From Eledone cirrhosa (taxonomy: Eukaryota), in the NCBI GenBank assembly GCA_964016885.1, contig OZ024740.1, positions 436,976,001 to 437,040,000 of the forward strand: a DNA stretch of 64,000 nt. Reading direction: 5' to 3'. Shown here piece by piece: positions 1 through 16,974 of this stretch; the first letter of the stretch is position 1, and every line of letters begins with the position of its first letter. The position numbers were made by a program, and so were the translations under genes. The notes below the pieces were generated by a model. It did no database searches. It saw only the letters and a list, made by a program, of their open reading frames with translations, and had not been told where the DNA came from.

Positions 1-3000
1 AACCAATTCTATCCTAATTATTCTACTAACTGTTAATATAACAAATTCCATCCTTACGACTCTACCAACTGTTAATATAACAAATTCTATCCTAAATTCC
101 ACCAACTGTTAATATAACAAATTCTATCCTAATGAATCTACCAACTGTTAATATTAACAAATTCCATCCTTACGACTCTACCAACTGTTAATATAACAAA
201 TTCTATCCTAATGACTCAACCAGCTGTTAATATAACAAATTCTATCCTTACGACTCTACCGACTGTTAATATAACAAATGTTATCCTTACGACTCTACCA
301 ACTGTTAATATAACAAATTCTATCCTTACGACTCTACCAACTGTTAATATAACCAATTCTATCCTAATGATTCTACCAACTGTTAACATAACCAAATTCT
401 ATCCTTACGACTCTACCAACTGTTAATATAACAAATTCTATCCTTACAACTCTACCAACTGTTAATATAACAAGTTCTATCCTAATGACTCAACCAACTG
501 TTAATATAACAAATTCTATCCTAATTATTCTACCAACTGTTAATATAACCAATTCTATCCTAATTATTCTACCAACTGTTAATATAACAAATTCTATCCT
601 AATGATTCTACCAACTGTTAATATAACCAATTCTATCCTTACAACTCTACCAACTGTTAATATAACAAGTTCTATCCTAATGACTCAACCAACTGTTAAT
701 ATAACAAATTCTATCCTAATTATTCTACCAACTGTTAATATAACCAATTCTATCCTAATTATTCTACCAACTGTTAATATAACCAATTCTATCCTAATGA
801 TTCTACCAACTGTTAATATAACAAATTCTATCCTTACAACTCTACCAACTGTTAATATAACCAATTCTATCCTTACGACTCTACCAACTTTTAATATGAG
901 AAATTCTATTCTTACGACTCTACCAACTGTTAATATAACAAATTCTATCCTTACGACTCTACCGACTGTTAATATAACAAATTCTATCCTTACAACTCTA
1001 CCAACTGTTAATATAACAAGTTCTATCCTAATGAATCTACCAACTGTTAATATAACAAATTCTATCCTTACGACTCTACCAACTTTTAATATGAGAAATT
1101 CTATTCTTACGACTATACCGACAGTTAATATAACAAAGTCTATCCTTATGACTCTACCAACTGTTAATATAACAAATTTTATCCTTAAGACTCTACCCAT
1201 TGTTAATATGACGAATTCTATCCCTACGACTCTACCCATTGTTAATATAATAAATTCTATCCTTACGACACTACCAACTGTTAATATAACAAGTTCTATC
1301 CTAATGACTCTACCAACTGTTAATATAACCAATTCTATCCTAATGATTCTACAAACTGTTAATATAACCAATTCTATCCTAATGAATCTACCAACTGTTA
1401 ATATTACAAATTCTATCCTTATGACTCTACCAACTGTTAATATAACAATTTCTATCTTTGTGACTCTACCAAGTCTTAATATAACCAATTCTATCCTAAT
1501 GAATCTACCAACTGTTAATATAACAAATTCCATCCTTACGACTCTACCAACTGTTAATATAACAAATTCTATCCTAATTATTCTACCGACTGTTAATATA
1601 ACCAATTCTATCCTAATTATTCTACCGACTGTTAATATAACAAATTCAATCCTTACGACTCTACCAACTGTTAATATAACAAATTCTATCGTTACGACTC
1701 TACCAACTGTTAATATAACCAATTCTATACAAATGAATCTACCAACTGTTAATATAACAAATTCTATCCTTACGACTCTACCAACTGTTAATATAACAAA
1801 TTTTATCCTTACGACTCTACCAACTGTTAATATAACCAATTCTATCCTTACGATTCTAGCAAATGTTAACATAACCAATTCTATCCGTACGACTCTACCA
1901 ACTGTTAATATAACAAATTCTCTCCTTACGACTCTACCACCTCTTAATATAACAAATTCCATCCTTACGACTCTACCAACTGTTAATATAACCAATTCTA
2001 TCTTTGTGACTCTACCAACTGTTAATATAACCAATTCTATCCTTACGACTCTACCAACTGTTAATATAACAAATTCTATCTTTGTGACTCTACCAACTGT
2101 TAATATAACCAATTCTATCCTTACGACTCTACCAACTGTTAATATAACAAATTCTATCTTTGTGACTCTACCAACTCTTAATATAACCAATTCTCTCCTT
2201 ACGACTCTACCAACTGTTTATATAACAAATTCTATCCTAATTATTCAACCAACTGTTAATATAACCAATTCTATCCTAATGACTCCACCAACTTTTAATA
2301 TAACAAATTCTATCCTTACGACTCTACCAACTGTTAATATAACAAATTCTATCTTTGTGACTCTACCAACTGTTAATATAACCAATTCTATCCAAATGAA
2401 TCTACCAACTGTTTATATAACCAATTCTATCCAAATGAATCTACCAACTGTTAATATAACCAATTCTATCCTAATTATTCCACCAACTGTTAATATAACC
2501 AATTCTATCCTAATGACTCAACCAACTTTTAATATAACAAATTCTATCCTTACGACTCTACCAACTGTTAATATAACAAATTCTATCTTTGTGACTCTAC
2601 CAACTGTTAATATAACCAATTCTCTCCTTACGACTCTACCAACTCTTAATATAACAAATTCTATCCTAATGACTCAACCAACTTTTAATATAACATATTC
2701 TATCCTTACGACTCTACCAACTGCTAATATAAGAAATCTTATCCTTACGACTCTACCAACTGTAAGTATAACCAAATCTATCCTAATGAAACTACCAACT
2801 GTTAATATAACAAATTCCATCCTTACGACTCTACCAACTGTAAATATAACAAATTCTATCCTAATGACTCTACCAACAGTTAATATAACAAATTCTATCC
2901 TAAATTCTATCAACTGTTAATGTAAGAAATTCTATCCTTACGACTCTACCGACTGTTAATATAACAAAGTCTATCCTTACGACTCTACCAACAGTTAATA

Positions 3001-4115
3001 TAACAAATTCTATCCTAAATTCTATCAACTGTTAATGTAAGAAATTCTATCCTTACGACTCTACCGACTGTTAATATAACAAATTCTATCCTTACGAATC
3101 TACCAACTGTTAATATAACAAATTCTCTCCTTACGACTCTACCAACTGTTAATATAACATATTCTATCCTTACGACTCTACCGACTGTTAATATAACCAA
3201 TTCTATCCTAATGAATCTACCAACTGTTAATATAAGAAATTCTATCCTTACGACTCTACCAACTGTTAATATAACAAATTCCATCCTTACGAATCAACCA
3301 ACTGTTAATATAACAAATTCTATCCTAAATTCTATCAACTGTTAATGTAAGAAATTCTATCCTTACGACTCTACCGACTGTTAATATAACAAATTCTATC
3401 CTTACGAATCAACCAACTGTTAATATAACAAATTCTATCCTAATGACTCTACCAACTTTTAACATAACAAATTCCATCCTTACGACTCTACCAACTGTTA
3501 ATATAACAAATTCTATCCTAATGATTCTTCAAACTGTTAATATAACCAATTCTATCCTAATTATTCTACCAACTCTTAATATAACAAATTCTATCCTTAC
3601 GACTCTACCAACTGTTAGTATAATCAATTCTATCCTAATGATCTACCAACTGTTAATATAACAAATTCCATCCAGACTCTACCAACTCTTAATATAACAA
3701 ATTCCATCCTTACGACTCTACCAACTGTTAGTATAACCAATTCTATCCTAATGATCTACCAACTGTTAATAAACCAATTCTATCCTAATGACTCAACCAA
3801 CTTTTAATATAATAAATTCTAATCTTACAACTCTACCAACTGTTAATATAACAAATTCTATCCTAATGATTCTACCAACTGTTAATATAACCAATTCTAT
3901 CCTAATTATTCTACCAACTGTTAATATAACCAATTCTATCCTAATTATTCTACCAACTGTTAATATAACCAATTCTATCCTAATGATTCTACCAACTGTT
4001 AATATAACCAATTCTATCCTAATCATTCTACCAACTCTTAATATAACAAATTCTATCCTAACGACTCTACCAACTGTTAATATAACATATTCTATCCTTA
4101 TGACTCTATAATCTG
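1..4115. repeat. 39-bp minisatellite array (consensus ACTCTACCAACTGTTAATATAACAAATTCTATCCTTACG), about 105 units, runs off the window start
   Basis: Direct tandem periodicity; produces 13-aa repeat ORFs (TLPTVNITNSILT) on both strands. Confidence 0.97.
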
Positions 4116-4399
4116 TTAATATAACATTAAAAAATTGAAAATATTTTCCTTGAATATCTACATTTCGACATCGGTTGTTTTTCTCTGTCACAATTTCGTG
4201 ATATAAACAGATAAAATCTTCATTTATTTATATCTATCCGAATAATTGACTATCACTTAAAGCATTCAACTAGAGAATATATCATCGGTCATCTATCTCA
4301 ATTATTAAACTTGTCTTGAGCCAACAGACTTATCAAGTTAAAACGTATCTCTATTTTGGGAGGCGTTTAATGACAGAGATACCAGTCCATCATTATGTT

Positions 4400-4560
4400 A
4401 CATCCCTCCAGCTACCAATGGTACTTATTTTTCAACTTAGTAAACTGGAACAATGTGAAACGAAATGTCTTGCTCAAGGACACAAGATATCTGGTTTTGA
4501 AATGGAAACCATGATCTTAAGAACGTGAGATTAAAACCCTAACCCTAGGCCGTGTGCCTC
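4400..4560 (+). mobile_element. Degenerate SINE fragment
   Basis: aaactggaacaatgtgaaacgaaatgtcttgctcaaggacacaa resembles the CORE-like segment of common invertebrate SINEs. Confidence 0.5.
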
Positions 4561-4694
4561 CCAAAACTCAATATTTAAGAAAGCTTAAAATCTTTCAGCT
4601 CTTCTCTATGGAATACTTTCTTCGCGGAATGAATTCTACAACAAATATATTTTTACTTTATTAAGAAAGTACTTATGATAACTGTGTTTAGTTA

Positions 4695-4892
4695 GTGTGT
4701 GTGTGTGTGGTGCGTGTGAGTTTGGTTAGTGTGTGTGGTGTGTGTGTATATGTGTGTGGTGCGTGTGTGTTTGATTAGTGTGTGTGTTGTGTGTGTATAT
4801 GTATGTGTGTGTTTGCATGCATGAATGAAACTATTTCTTTTTCTCTCTCCCTCTCACTCTCTTTCTCTCTCTCCCTCCCTCTTTCACTCTCA

Positions 4893-4923
<31 letters not shown>

Positions 4924-4960
4924 GCTCTCTATCTCTCTCTATCTCTATCTATCTATCTAA
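4695..4960. repeat. Compound (GT)n/(CT)n/(CTAT)n microsatellite
   Basis: Direct reading. Confidence 0.9.
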
Positions 4961-5578
4961 TTGTCTCTCTACATGATGTGTTTATATTGTCAGTATCACA
5001 CTATTTCATGTAGGGATCATAAGTTAACGGAATCTCTGCCTTAAATGTTACAAACAAGTCTGGGGGGAAATTTCCTGATGGCGACAAATTCTGAAAGATA
5101 CTATTTTGATTCTGTTGGTGCGCCAAACCGGCACGGAAGACGAACTGGAGAGGAGCAGGGAATATTTATTGAAGGCAACACGTCTAATAAAATAAAAGAT
5201 CCTTTTTCATGCTTGCCTTACCTTGTAGCTAGTGAGATACAGAATGTAATTTAGTTATAGTCAAGTGACAAAATGGCAGGTGAGATATTCTGATGGCTCA
5301 GTTATTTTTTCACAGTTCTTATTTTTCTTCCTTTATTTTGCTGTAAAAACTTCCCCAGAAAATAACGATATCAAATATAATGAAATTGGAATGCTGTGAA
5401 CAATACAATAAGACACAAGCCTCGCAATTTAATTTTAGACTTGTTTGGTTTAATTTAGCAGTAAATAATTTTAGAAATGTTTTCTTTAAACATATGTCAA
5501 GTTGTGAGATCATTGCAGGATGGAAGGACTTAATCCTTAATATAAGAGTCCTACTTTTATGATGGGAATTATTTGACA

Positions 5579-5650
5579 CACGAGGATAGGCTGAAATGTT
5601 CATAGGCTGACTATGAAGGAATGATGCGCTAGAGCTGTGAAATATTGCAT
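5579..5650 (+). mobile_element. Truncated mariner-type MITE (family A)
   Basis: Matches the left end of the complete copies at 19750, 38156 and 50087 (gctgaaaagttcataggctgactatgaagga). Confidence 0.75.
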
Positions 5651-5679
5651 ATATATATATATATTATATATATATATAT

Positions 5680-9054
<3,375 letters not shown>

Positions 9055-9082
9055 GTGGTTACACAACAGTTAGTTCACCATA

Positions 9083-9122
9083 CCGAGAACAATTGTTTCA
9101 CCTTCGCGGATCTACAGCTCGG
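9083..9122 (-). ncRNA. Minimal hammerhead ribozyme with one core substitution
   Basis: ccgag-CTGTAGA-tccgcgaaggt-GAAA-caattg-TT-ctcgg; the 3' part recurs at 15678-15723. Confidence 0.7.
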
Positions 9123-9404
9123 GATGTGTATGGTTATAGGAACATATATATATATGTAAATGTATGTATATATATGTGTATATGTATCTAAATGTAATCT
9201 GAGTTTTTCGAATATTATTAATAATATTCGATTCGTTTGCAATTATGCAGCCTCTTGTATGTATATATATATATGTGTGTGTGTGTATGTATGTATGTAT
9301 GTTCTGTTATTATTTCTGGCAATATTATTACAACAATATGACCCTCCCCAAGTATACTGGTGTTGCTACTAAATCAAGCTCTCTGTGCACAGGCGGAGTG
9401 TATA

Positions 9405-9625
9405 TAATAGAAGAAACGAGGAAGTTTAGTTTACATATGAAAAATATCTATTGCGTATCGACCTTTTACGCGCGTTTCGCAGAGGATTGGCTCAGCGGAG
9501 ACCCATAGGCGTTATGACCCGACTCCAGTCACCTTGAGCCAATCCTCTGCGAAACGTGCGTAAAAGGTCGATACGCAATAGATATTTTTCATATGTAAAC
9601 TAAACTTCCTTGTTTTTTCTATTAT
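9405..9625. repeat. Fold-back with ~90-bp arms carrying the right half of an HHR-like motif
   Basis: Arms aggaagtttagtttacatatg...ggattggctca and tgagccaatcc...aaacttcct; GAAA-cgcgcg-TA within the arms. Confidence 0.8.
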
Positions 9626-10035
9626 ATACATATATGTATATATATATATATCTTCCCCAAACTCTCACACTCACATACACACATGCGTACACCTACACAC
9701 AAATAACACACACCACCTTCCGCCCTCCCCGCTCGGACCCCCTGTTTTCCTTCTCCTCTCTCCTCCTCCATCCACCCACCAACACCTCTACACACCTCAC
9801 ACCCTTTCACCACTTGTTTTCATTTTAATCTTTTTTTCCCTCCTTTTAATTTTTTCCCCCCTTTTAATGTCTTTCCTACAATTCCCCCTCACACCCTCGG
9901 AACACTTTTCCTTCCCACCTTTCTCCTGGTAAAGGGCTTATGCCCGAAACGTCGTCCCCCACTCTCAAGCATGAACCTAATACCACACTCTTCGTACTGC
10001 ACACCTTATTATTGTTTTTGTTTTTGTTTTTTTTA

Positions 10036-10085
<50 letters not shown>

Positions 10086-10096
10086 ATATATATATA

Positions 10097-10236
10097 AGGA
10101 AGGAAGTGTGGTAAGGAACCAGATGGACCGTAACGCACCAGAGTACTCGATACTATGGGTAGTAGAGTGGGTAATAGGAAAAGAGTCAGGACCCCGACAG
10201 CAGAACTCAAGCCGTTTCGACGGCTATTTCTGGACT
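10097..10236 (-). mobile_element. PLE pLTR 3' fragment (family of the element ending at 57480)
   Basis: Homologous to 14855-14990 and to the reverse complement of 57340-57480. Confidence 0.75.
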
Positions 10237-10485
10237 AAACACAGAGAGAGAGAGAGAGAAAGATTAGGAAGACTACACACACACATCTACAGAGAGAGAC
10301 AGAAAAATAGAGGGAAGGGAAAAGAGAGAGCCGTTAGACAGAGAGAGATACAATTAAAGTGTTAGTTATTCAGAGAGAGATAGAGAGTCGGAAGGAGAAT
10401 GTGACACGGGAGGGTGTGTGGTAACTTTGCAGTGAAGTGGTGGGGGCAGGTATACCTAGCCGTCGCCAGCCGGGCGGGCCAGCTA

Positions 10486-10531
<46 letters not shown>

Positions 10532-10675
10532 TATTTTCCGTTGTGTTGTAATATAAATATTACACACAGTAGATTATCAGCTCACGTAGAGTTTGCTCGA
10601 CGGTTCCAGTGTAGTTCCAAAGTAATCCGGAGAAAAATAGAAAGATTTGAATGGATACAGTTTAGTTGAAAGGAA

Positions 10676-10794
10676 TTTATTGACACGTGTTTCTATAACA
10701 GTTACATAACCTAAAACAGCTATCTACAAACTTTTAGTTATGGCAGACATTCAATATTTCAATGTTATTATTTACTGTCATTTCATCAGAATAA
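10676..10794 (-). ncRNA. Hammerhead ribozyme with ~90-nt stem II
   Basis: Reverse complement of 14669-14785. Confidence 0.7.
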
Positions 10795-11383
10795 TATTAC
10801 TGAGGACCTATTTAGTTTTTATAGAGAATATTAGGAGGAAGGGGTTGAAGTTGTTAGAAGAATAGTTGAAGGAGTGGTTTTTCGATAGCAGTGAGAATTC
10901 TTGGTGGCAGTGAGTAATTAGATTCCCATCTGTTGTTTTGACATTTTTTATAGAATATATTATTGGTTATTTTTCTAAATCTATAGAAGGATTAGAGATA
11001 GTAAAGATATGCGTGGTTGGTTTTGTGTTTGCACTTAACATTCAGACTTAAATTTTTCTTTCAAGTGTACGTATTCTTTCACCCACGCATTCACGACACA
11101 AATATATTTTGCACACCTCTACAAAATACATATACTCACAATTCACATATTCATACTTACATATATATACACATGCATACACATATATATACACACATGT
11201 ATTCATGTACATACCATACGCGCTCATGTGTATACATTTTCATACTCAACTTATCTTTATATATACAACACGTATAGACACACACATATATACATACATA
11301 CTCTAGTCCATGTGTACACACATACACATACATACACATCCATATACACATACATACATACACATATATATATACATACATAC

Positions 11384-11430
<47 letters not shown>

Positions 11431-11447
11431 CATATATACACACATAT

Positions 11448-11484
<37 letters not shown>

Positions 11485-11759
11485 AGCACTTTAATACATG
11501 AATACACTTACATCTAACTATACACATCAAACATATATATATATATTTACTTATTTATATACATTTTCACATATATATACATACTTATGGACGTTTTTAG
11601 ACACATTCATTATCGCATATTTGTACCTATTCTCATCAGCATATCTTTTCATTATTAGTATGGTAATTTAAGGTTATTAATATATGTTGAGAAGAAATTG
11701 TTTTTATATTTTTCTAACTAGATTAAGGTTTATATAGTTGGGGGATGTCCCTCTTTTAT

Positions 11760-13406
11760 GTAATATTCGGCTTGTAGTGGGAAAAAAGGGTTTTAGTTCT
11801 GTGACGGCAGAATAATGTTCGTTCAATTCTGTTATTCAGCAGTTTCTTCTTGTGTGTGATTATGTAATAAATCTCAAGATTACACAATTTGCAGAATTTT
11901 GGCTCCTGGAAAAGCTTTGGGTTTTAGCTAATTTTTCCCATTTTAGGGTAAACTTTTGATTGCTATCCCTGAGCGTCCAAGCTTTCTCTGCTAAAGTTGT
12001 TACATTTCTTTGGCTCTGGTGTTTTATTGAGTAAGAATGCCTATACAATCGAGATTTAAACGATGTTGCCGTTGATCCCACGTAATACCACTCGTTGCCT
12101 CCGGATTTAATGGTACACTTATAAATAATATTTTTTTCCAGGCAGTTATTGCCGAGGGGGCAGTTGTCAGGATAGGTGCAGTTACAGTTGTGTACGTTGG
12201 GTTTTCTCTGGAGTAGTATTGCGGACGAACTTAGGTGTGGTTTATTTATGTTCTGTAGTGTATTGTCTACTGTTTTTTGGGGGTTCTTTGTACTTAAGTT
12301 CTTAGTGTTTTCGTTTAACCTTCTAGTATTGATCTTTTTTATGTGTTGTTCAAGGTTTAACGCTGTAGAGTATGACAGTCTTATAGTGGTAGGGTTTAGG
12401 ATTTTGTGGTATTTGTGTGATGTGGGAAAATGTCTTTTAATTATTTTAAAGAAGAGTACTGGTAAATTTGTACTAATGGAGCTATTGTATTCGGGGTTAT
12501 ACCATAAGTACTCTTTGCATCGCTTTCTATTAGTTTTGTTTGTTGGTTTACTGGTGTGCATACTATGGTAGTAAGTGTGGTTTGGTGTTGTGTTATTATA
12601 TCTACCTATGTGGGATTTATTTTGGGTGTTTTGATTGTTCCCATCTATGTACTCTATTTTGTTGAGGTAGCCTGCTTTACTAAGGGCGTTATCGTAGTAC
12701 TCGGCGTGTTCCTTAAATACTTGTATGTTAGAAGATAGACCCGAGATTCTAAGGGAAATATTTTTAGGGATAGATTTAATTATAGAGATGGGGTGGTTAG
12801 ACCCAACATTTACGTATTTGAGATTTTCATTCAATTTATGAAACGGTTTAATCAAACCAGAGTTTAAATTGAGTGTGACATCCAGGAAGTTAACTACTTT
12901 AAGGTTGTATTCATATGTTATAGTTAGTCCTATTTCGAGTAGTAGTTTTCTTATATCTTTGCGTAGTTTTTCTAGTTTTTGGTTATTAAGGTTTTTAGCT
13001 AGGAGGAGAACATCGTCGCGGTATATTCCGCCGTGGAGATTGCTGAATTTTTCCTGGAGTCTAAAGGCGATAAATAACCCCACAATATCAGTTATTTCCG
13101 CCGAATCGTTAGAGCCCATTGTTATGTCAAAGTTAGAGGGTCTATCTTTACGTACCCAATAACTGTTCTCAAATTTGACTATAGTTTTCCTAGCTTCTAA
13201 TATAATCTTAATTTCATCGTTTGTAAGGTCGGAGTTATCCTTAGCAAACTTAATGGCTCTATTCAAAGTTTCAGGTGATATCGATGCGTAATATTCATCG
13301 ATATCAAACTGGATAAACTTAGATTTATTCTTATTGCTAATGCTATTAAACCATCTTATTGCTTCTTGGGTCTTCCCCCAGAGTTTAATGTTAACCTTAG
13401 CCTTAA
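11760..13406 (-). pseudogene. PLE reverse transcriptase plus GIY-YIG endonuclease, N-terminally truncated
   Basis: FIQFDIDEYYASI (upstream of the annotated ORF, same frame), FDITMGSNDSAE, IYRDD, FLDV, CNC-x5-CPL, NIIY..YYVGST, CKLC..LLN..CRH; 1-nt frameshift near 11895 relative to the right arm. Confidence 0.92.
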
Positions 13407-13983
13407 TTTAAATCTCGATTGTATAGGCATTCTTACTCAATAAAACACCAGAGCCAAAGAAATGTAACAACTTTAGCAGAGAAAGCTTGGACGCTCAGGG
13501 ATAGCAATCAAAAGTTTACCCTAAAATGGGAAAAATTAGCTAAAACCCAAAGCTTTTCCAGGAGCCAAAATTTCTGCAAATTGTGTAATCTTGAGATTTA
13601 TTACATAATCACACACAAGAAGAAACTGCTGAATAACAGAATTGAACGAACATTATTCTGCCGTCACAGAACTAAAACCCTTTTTTCCCACTACAAGCCG
13701 AATATTACATAAAAGAGGGACATCCCCCAACTATATAAACCTTAATCTAGTTAGAAAAATATAAAAACAATTTCTTCTCAACATATATTAATAACCTTAA
13801 ATTACCATACTAATAATGAAAAGATATGCTGATGAGAATAGGTACAAATATGCGATAATGAATGTGTCTAAAAACGTCCATAAGTATGTATATATATGTG
13901 AAAATGTATATAAATAAGTAAATATATATATATATGTTTGATGTGTATAGTTAGATGTAAGTGTATTCATGTATTAAAGTGCT

Positions 13984-14020
<37 letters not shown>

Positions 14021-14037
14021 ATATGTGTGTATATATG

Positions 14038-14084
<47 letters not shown>

Positions 14085-14668
14085 GTATGTATGTATATAT
14101 ATATGTGTATGTATGTATGTGTATATGGATGTGTATGTATGTGTATGTGTGTACACATGGACTAGAGTATGTATGTATATATGTGTGTGTCTATACGTGT
14201 GTATATATAAAGATAAGTTGAGTATGAAAATGTATACACATGAGCGCGTATGTATGTACATGAATACATGTGTGTATATATATGTGTATGCATGTGTATA
14301 TATATGTAAGTATGAATATGTGAATTGTGAGTATATGTATTTTGTAGAGGTGTGCAAATATATTTGTGTGTGAATGCGTGGGTGAAAGAATACGTACACT
14401 TGAAAGAAAAATTTAAGTCTGAATGTTAAGTGCAAACACAAAACCAACCACGCATATCTTTACTATCTCTAATCCTTCTATAGATTTAGAAAAATAACCA
14501 ATAATATATTCTATAAAAAATGTCAAAACAACAGATGGGAATCTAATTACTCACTGCCACCAAGAATTCTCACTGCTATCGAAAAACCACTCCTTCAACT
14601 ATTCTTCTAACAACTTCACCCCTTCCTCCTAATATTCTCTATAAAAACTAAATAGGTCCTCAGTAATA

Positions 14669-14785
14669 TTATTCTGATGAAATGACAGTAAATAATAACA
14701 TTGAAATATTGAATGTCTGCATAACTAAAAGTTTGTAGATAGCTGTTTTAGGTTATGTAACTGTTATAGAAACACGTGTCAATAA
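14669..14785 (+). ncRNA. Hammerhead ribozyme with ~90-nt stem II
   Basis: ttatt-CTGATGA-a-atgacagt...actgttat-a-GAAA-cacgtg-TC-aataa. Confidence 0.72.
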
Positions 14786-14819
14786 ATTCCTTTCAACTAA
14801 ACTGTATCCATTCAAATCT

Positions 14820-14854
<35 letters not shown>

Positions 14855-14855
<1 letters not shown>

Positions 14856-15037
14856 CGAAGGAAATGTGGTAAGGAACCAGGTGGACCATAACGCACCAAA
14901 GTACTCAATACTTGGGGTAGTAGAGTGGGTAATAGGAACCAGTAAGACCCCGACGGCTGAGCTCAAGCCGTTTCGACGGCTAATTCTGGACGTCGAAACG
15001 GCTTGAGCTCAGCCGTCGGGGTCTTACTGGTTCCTAT
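14855..15037. mobile_element. PLE pLTR 3' fragment with terminal inversion
   Basis: Arms 14932-14977 and 14991-15037 are perfect reverse complements and contain the HHR stem III half. Confidence 0.8.
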
Positions 15038-15344
15038 ATATATATATATATATATAAGAGAGAGAGAGAATATATGTGTGTGTGTGTCTGTGACACTGTG
15101 TGTGTGGGGTGGTCTGTGTATATGTGTGTGTGTGGGGTGGTCTGTGTATATGTGTGTGTGACCGTGTGTGTGTGTGACTGTGTGTGTGTGTGTGTGTGTG
15201 TGAATGTGACTGTGTGTGTGTGACTGTGTGTGTCTATGTGTGTGACTGTGTGTGTCTATGTGTGTGACTGTGTGTGACTGTGTGTGACTGTGTGTGTGTG
15301 ACTGTGTGACTGTTTGTGTGTGTGTGACTTTGTGAATGTGTGTG

Positions 15345-15391
<47 letters not shown>

Positions 15392-15631
15392 CTGTGTGTG
15401 TGTGAGGAAAGTTAAAGAGGTGGAGACCTTTATAGACATCAGTTGCTTAAGAAAGGAAATAAAGAAAGAAGAAATAGAGGAGAGAAATATGAGAGGAAAT
15501 TAGCAGTGCAACATGTAGTTATATGAAGAGTTTTACCTTTAGAAATTAACCCCCTCCCCCTCCCCTCCGCCCAGTGGGGGGGGGGGGGGTAATTAAGCAA
15601 ATAACATATTCCACAAACACTAAAGAAATTA

Positions 15632-15678
<47 letters not shown>

Positions 15679-15757
15679 AGTGGTAACGCAACTGTTAGTT
15701 CACCATACCGAGAACAATTGTTTTGTATATATACGTATATAATTTTGTATATAATTG

Positions 15758-15851
<94 letters not shown>

Positions 15852-16900
15852 CATACATACATACATACGAATCACATTTATTGAGAATATTTAAATGCTA
15901 CACCAAATTAAATTAAAGTAAATATTCTACCTTAATTTCATTATTGAAGACATGAGTTTCTTTCCAACTGGAACGGAAGAAACCATTGAAATCTTATGAA
16001 CTAAATATTTCAAGGGTTTCTTGTGTTTTACTTTTATTTCCATTTTGTTTTTTGTATATTTTAATATATTATTTGTACAAAAATTAATCAGATCGTAAGT
16101 AATTACTAACGCAATATTATTATTTTAATAACGAACAACGTTTGTTATTCGGTAACTCATTAACTAGTTTTTCTTTTCTTTTATGTTTTCCTACCTCAAT
16201 TATTTGTAAGAAATGTACCAAACGCACTGTGAAGTTCACTTGAAACTCTACTTCACTTGTTTTCCTAATATGCAAATATGTATTTCATATGTTGCTTTGA
16301 CTATTAGCAATTAGAAAGGTCCTCCGTCGGTTTCAACGATGAATCCTGTTCTAGTTGTTCGATTAATGGAATGGCTTGCTCGTGAAATCAGTGTGTATGT
16401 AGCTGAGAATTCTACAGACACGTGTACCCTTAACGTAATTCTCAGGGGGATTCAGGATGGCAAGGCTGGTCCTTTGAAATACGAGTATAATCCATCCGGC
16501 GGGTTTCCAAACAGTTTCCGGGGTTGACCGGAAACTACAGACAACGATATTTACCGGTTGACACGCTGTCGTATCAAACTCGAGATCCAGTAATTGTGAA
16601 ACGAACTCCTTAACTATTCGGCCAAGCTTCAGTCACTGTTAGTAACTAAATATTTTATATACTCACTAAAGTCACAAGTTGTGAACGATAGCACCGTTGG
16701 TTCATTAAAATATATATATAATGATGAAATATATAATTTTATATATATATCTATATATATATATATATATATATTAGGGTAAATATTGATGCAATTCAAT
16801 TCAAGCACTCAACGTTCTTTTTCCACATAGGAGTGACGGAGTAAATATCGAATAAGGAAAAGCGAAGTAGTTTCAGATGTTCAAGTCCTTTAATAATAAT

Positions 16901-16974
16901 GCTGTGATATATATTTCAGTGACGACACTGGCCACACTGTTCTGTGTGCGTGTGTCGTGTCATCATCAGACAGC
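16901..16974 (-). ncRNA. Type I hammerhead ribozyme
   Basis: gctgt-CTGATGA-tgacacgacac...gtgtcgtcact-GAAA-tatata-TC-acagc. Confidence 0.9.

Larger units (their letters stand above)
10560..14825 (-). mobile_element. Penelope-like element (probably Naiad-type), 5'-truncated, with ~1.42-kb inverted pLTR arms (10637-12060 and 13407-14825)
   Basis: Near-identical inverted arms; RT plus GIY-YIG ORF; HHR in each arm; (TA)n flanks. Confidence 0.92.

Noticed and set aside
485-2920. 811-aa repeat ORF as a protein-coding gene
   Set aside because: Pure 39-bp tandem repeat, open on both strands, with frameshifts elsewhere in the array and no unique flanking domain
11760-13406. Selenoprotein-type Naiad PLE (UGA at conserved Cys)
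   Set aside because: Visible Cys motifs translate as Cys and there is no in-frame TGA; the single CNW at 55061-55267 is in a decayed copy
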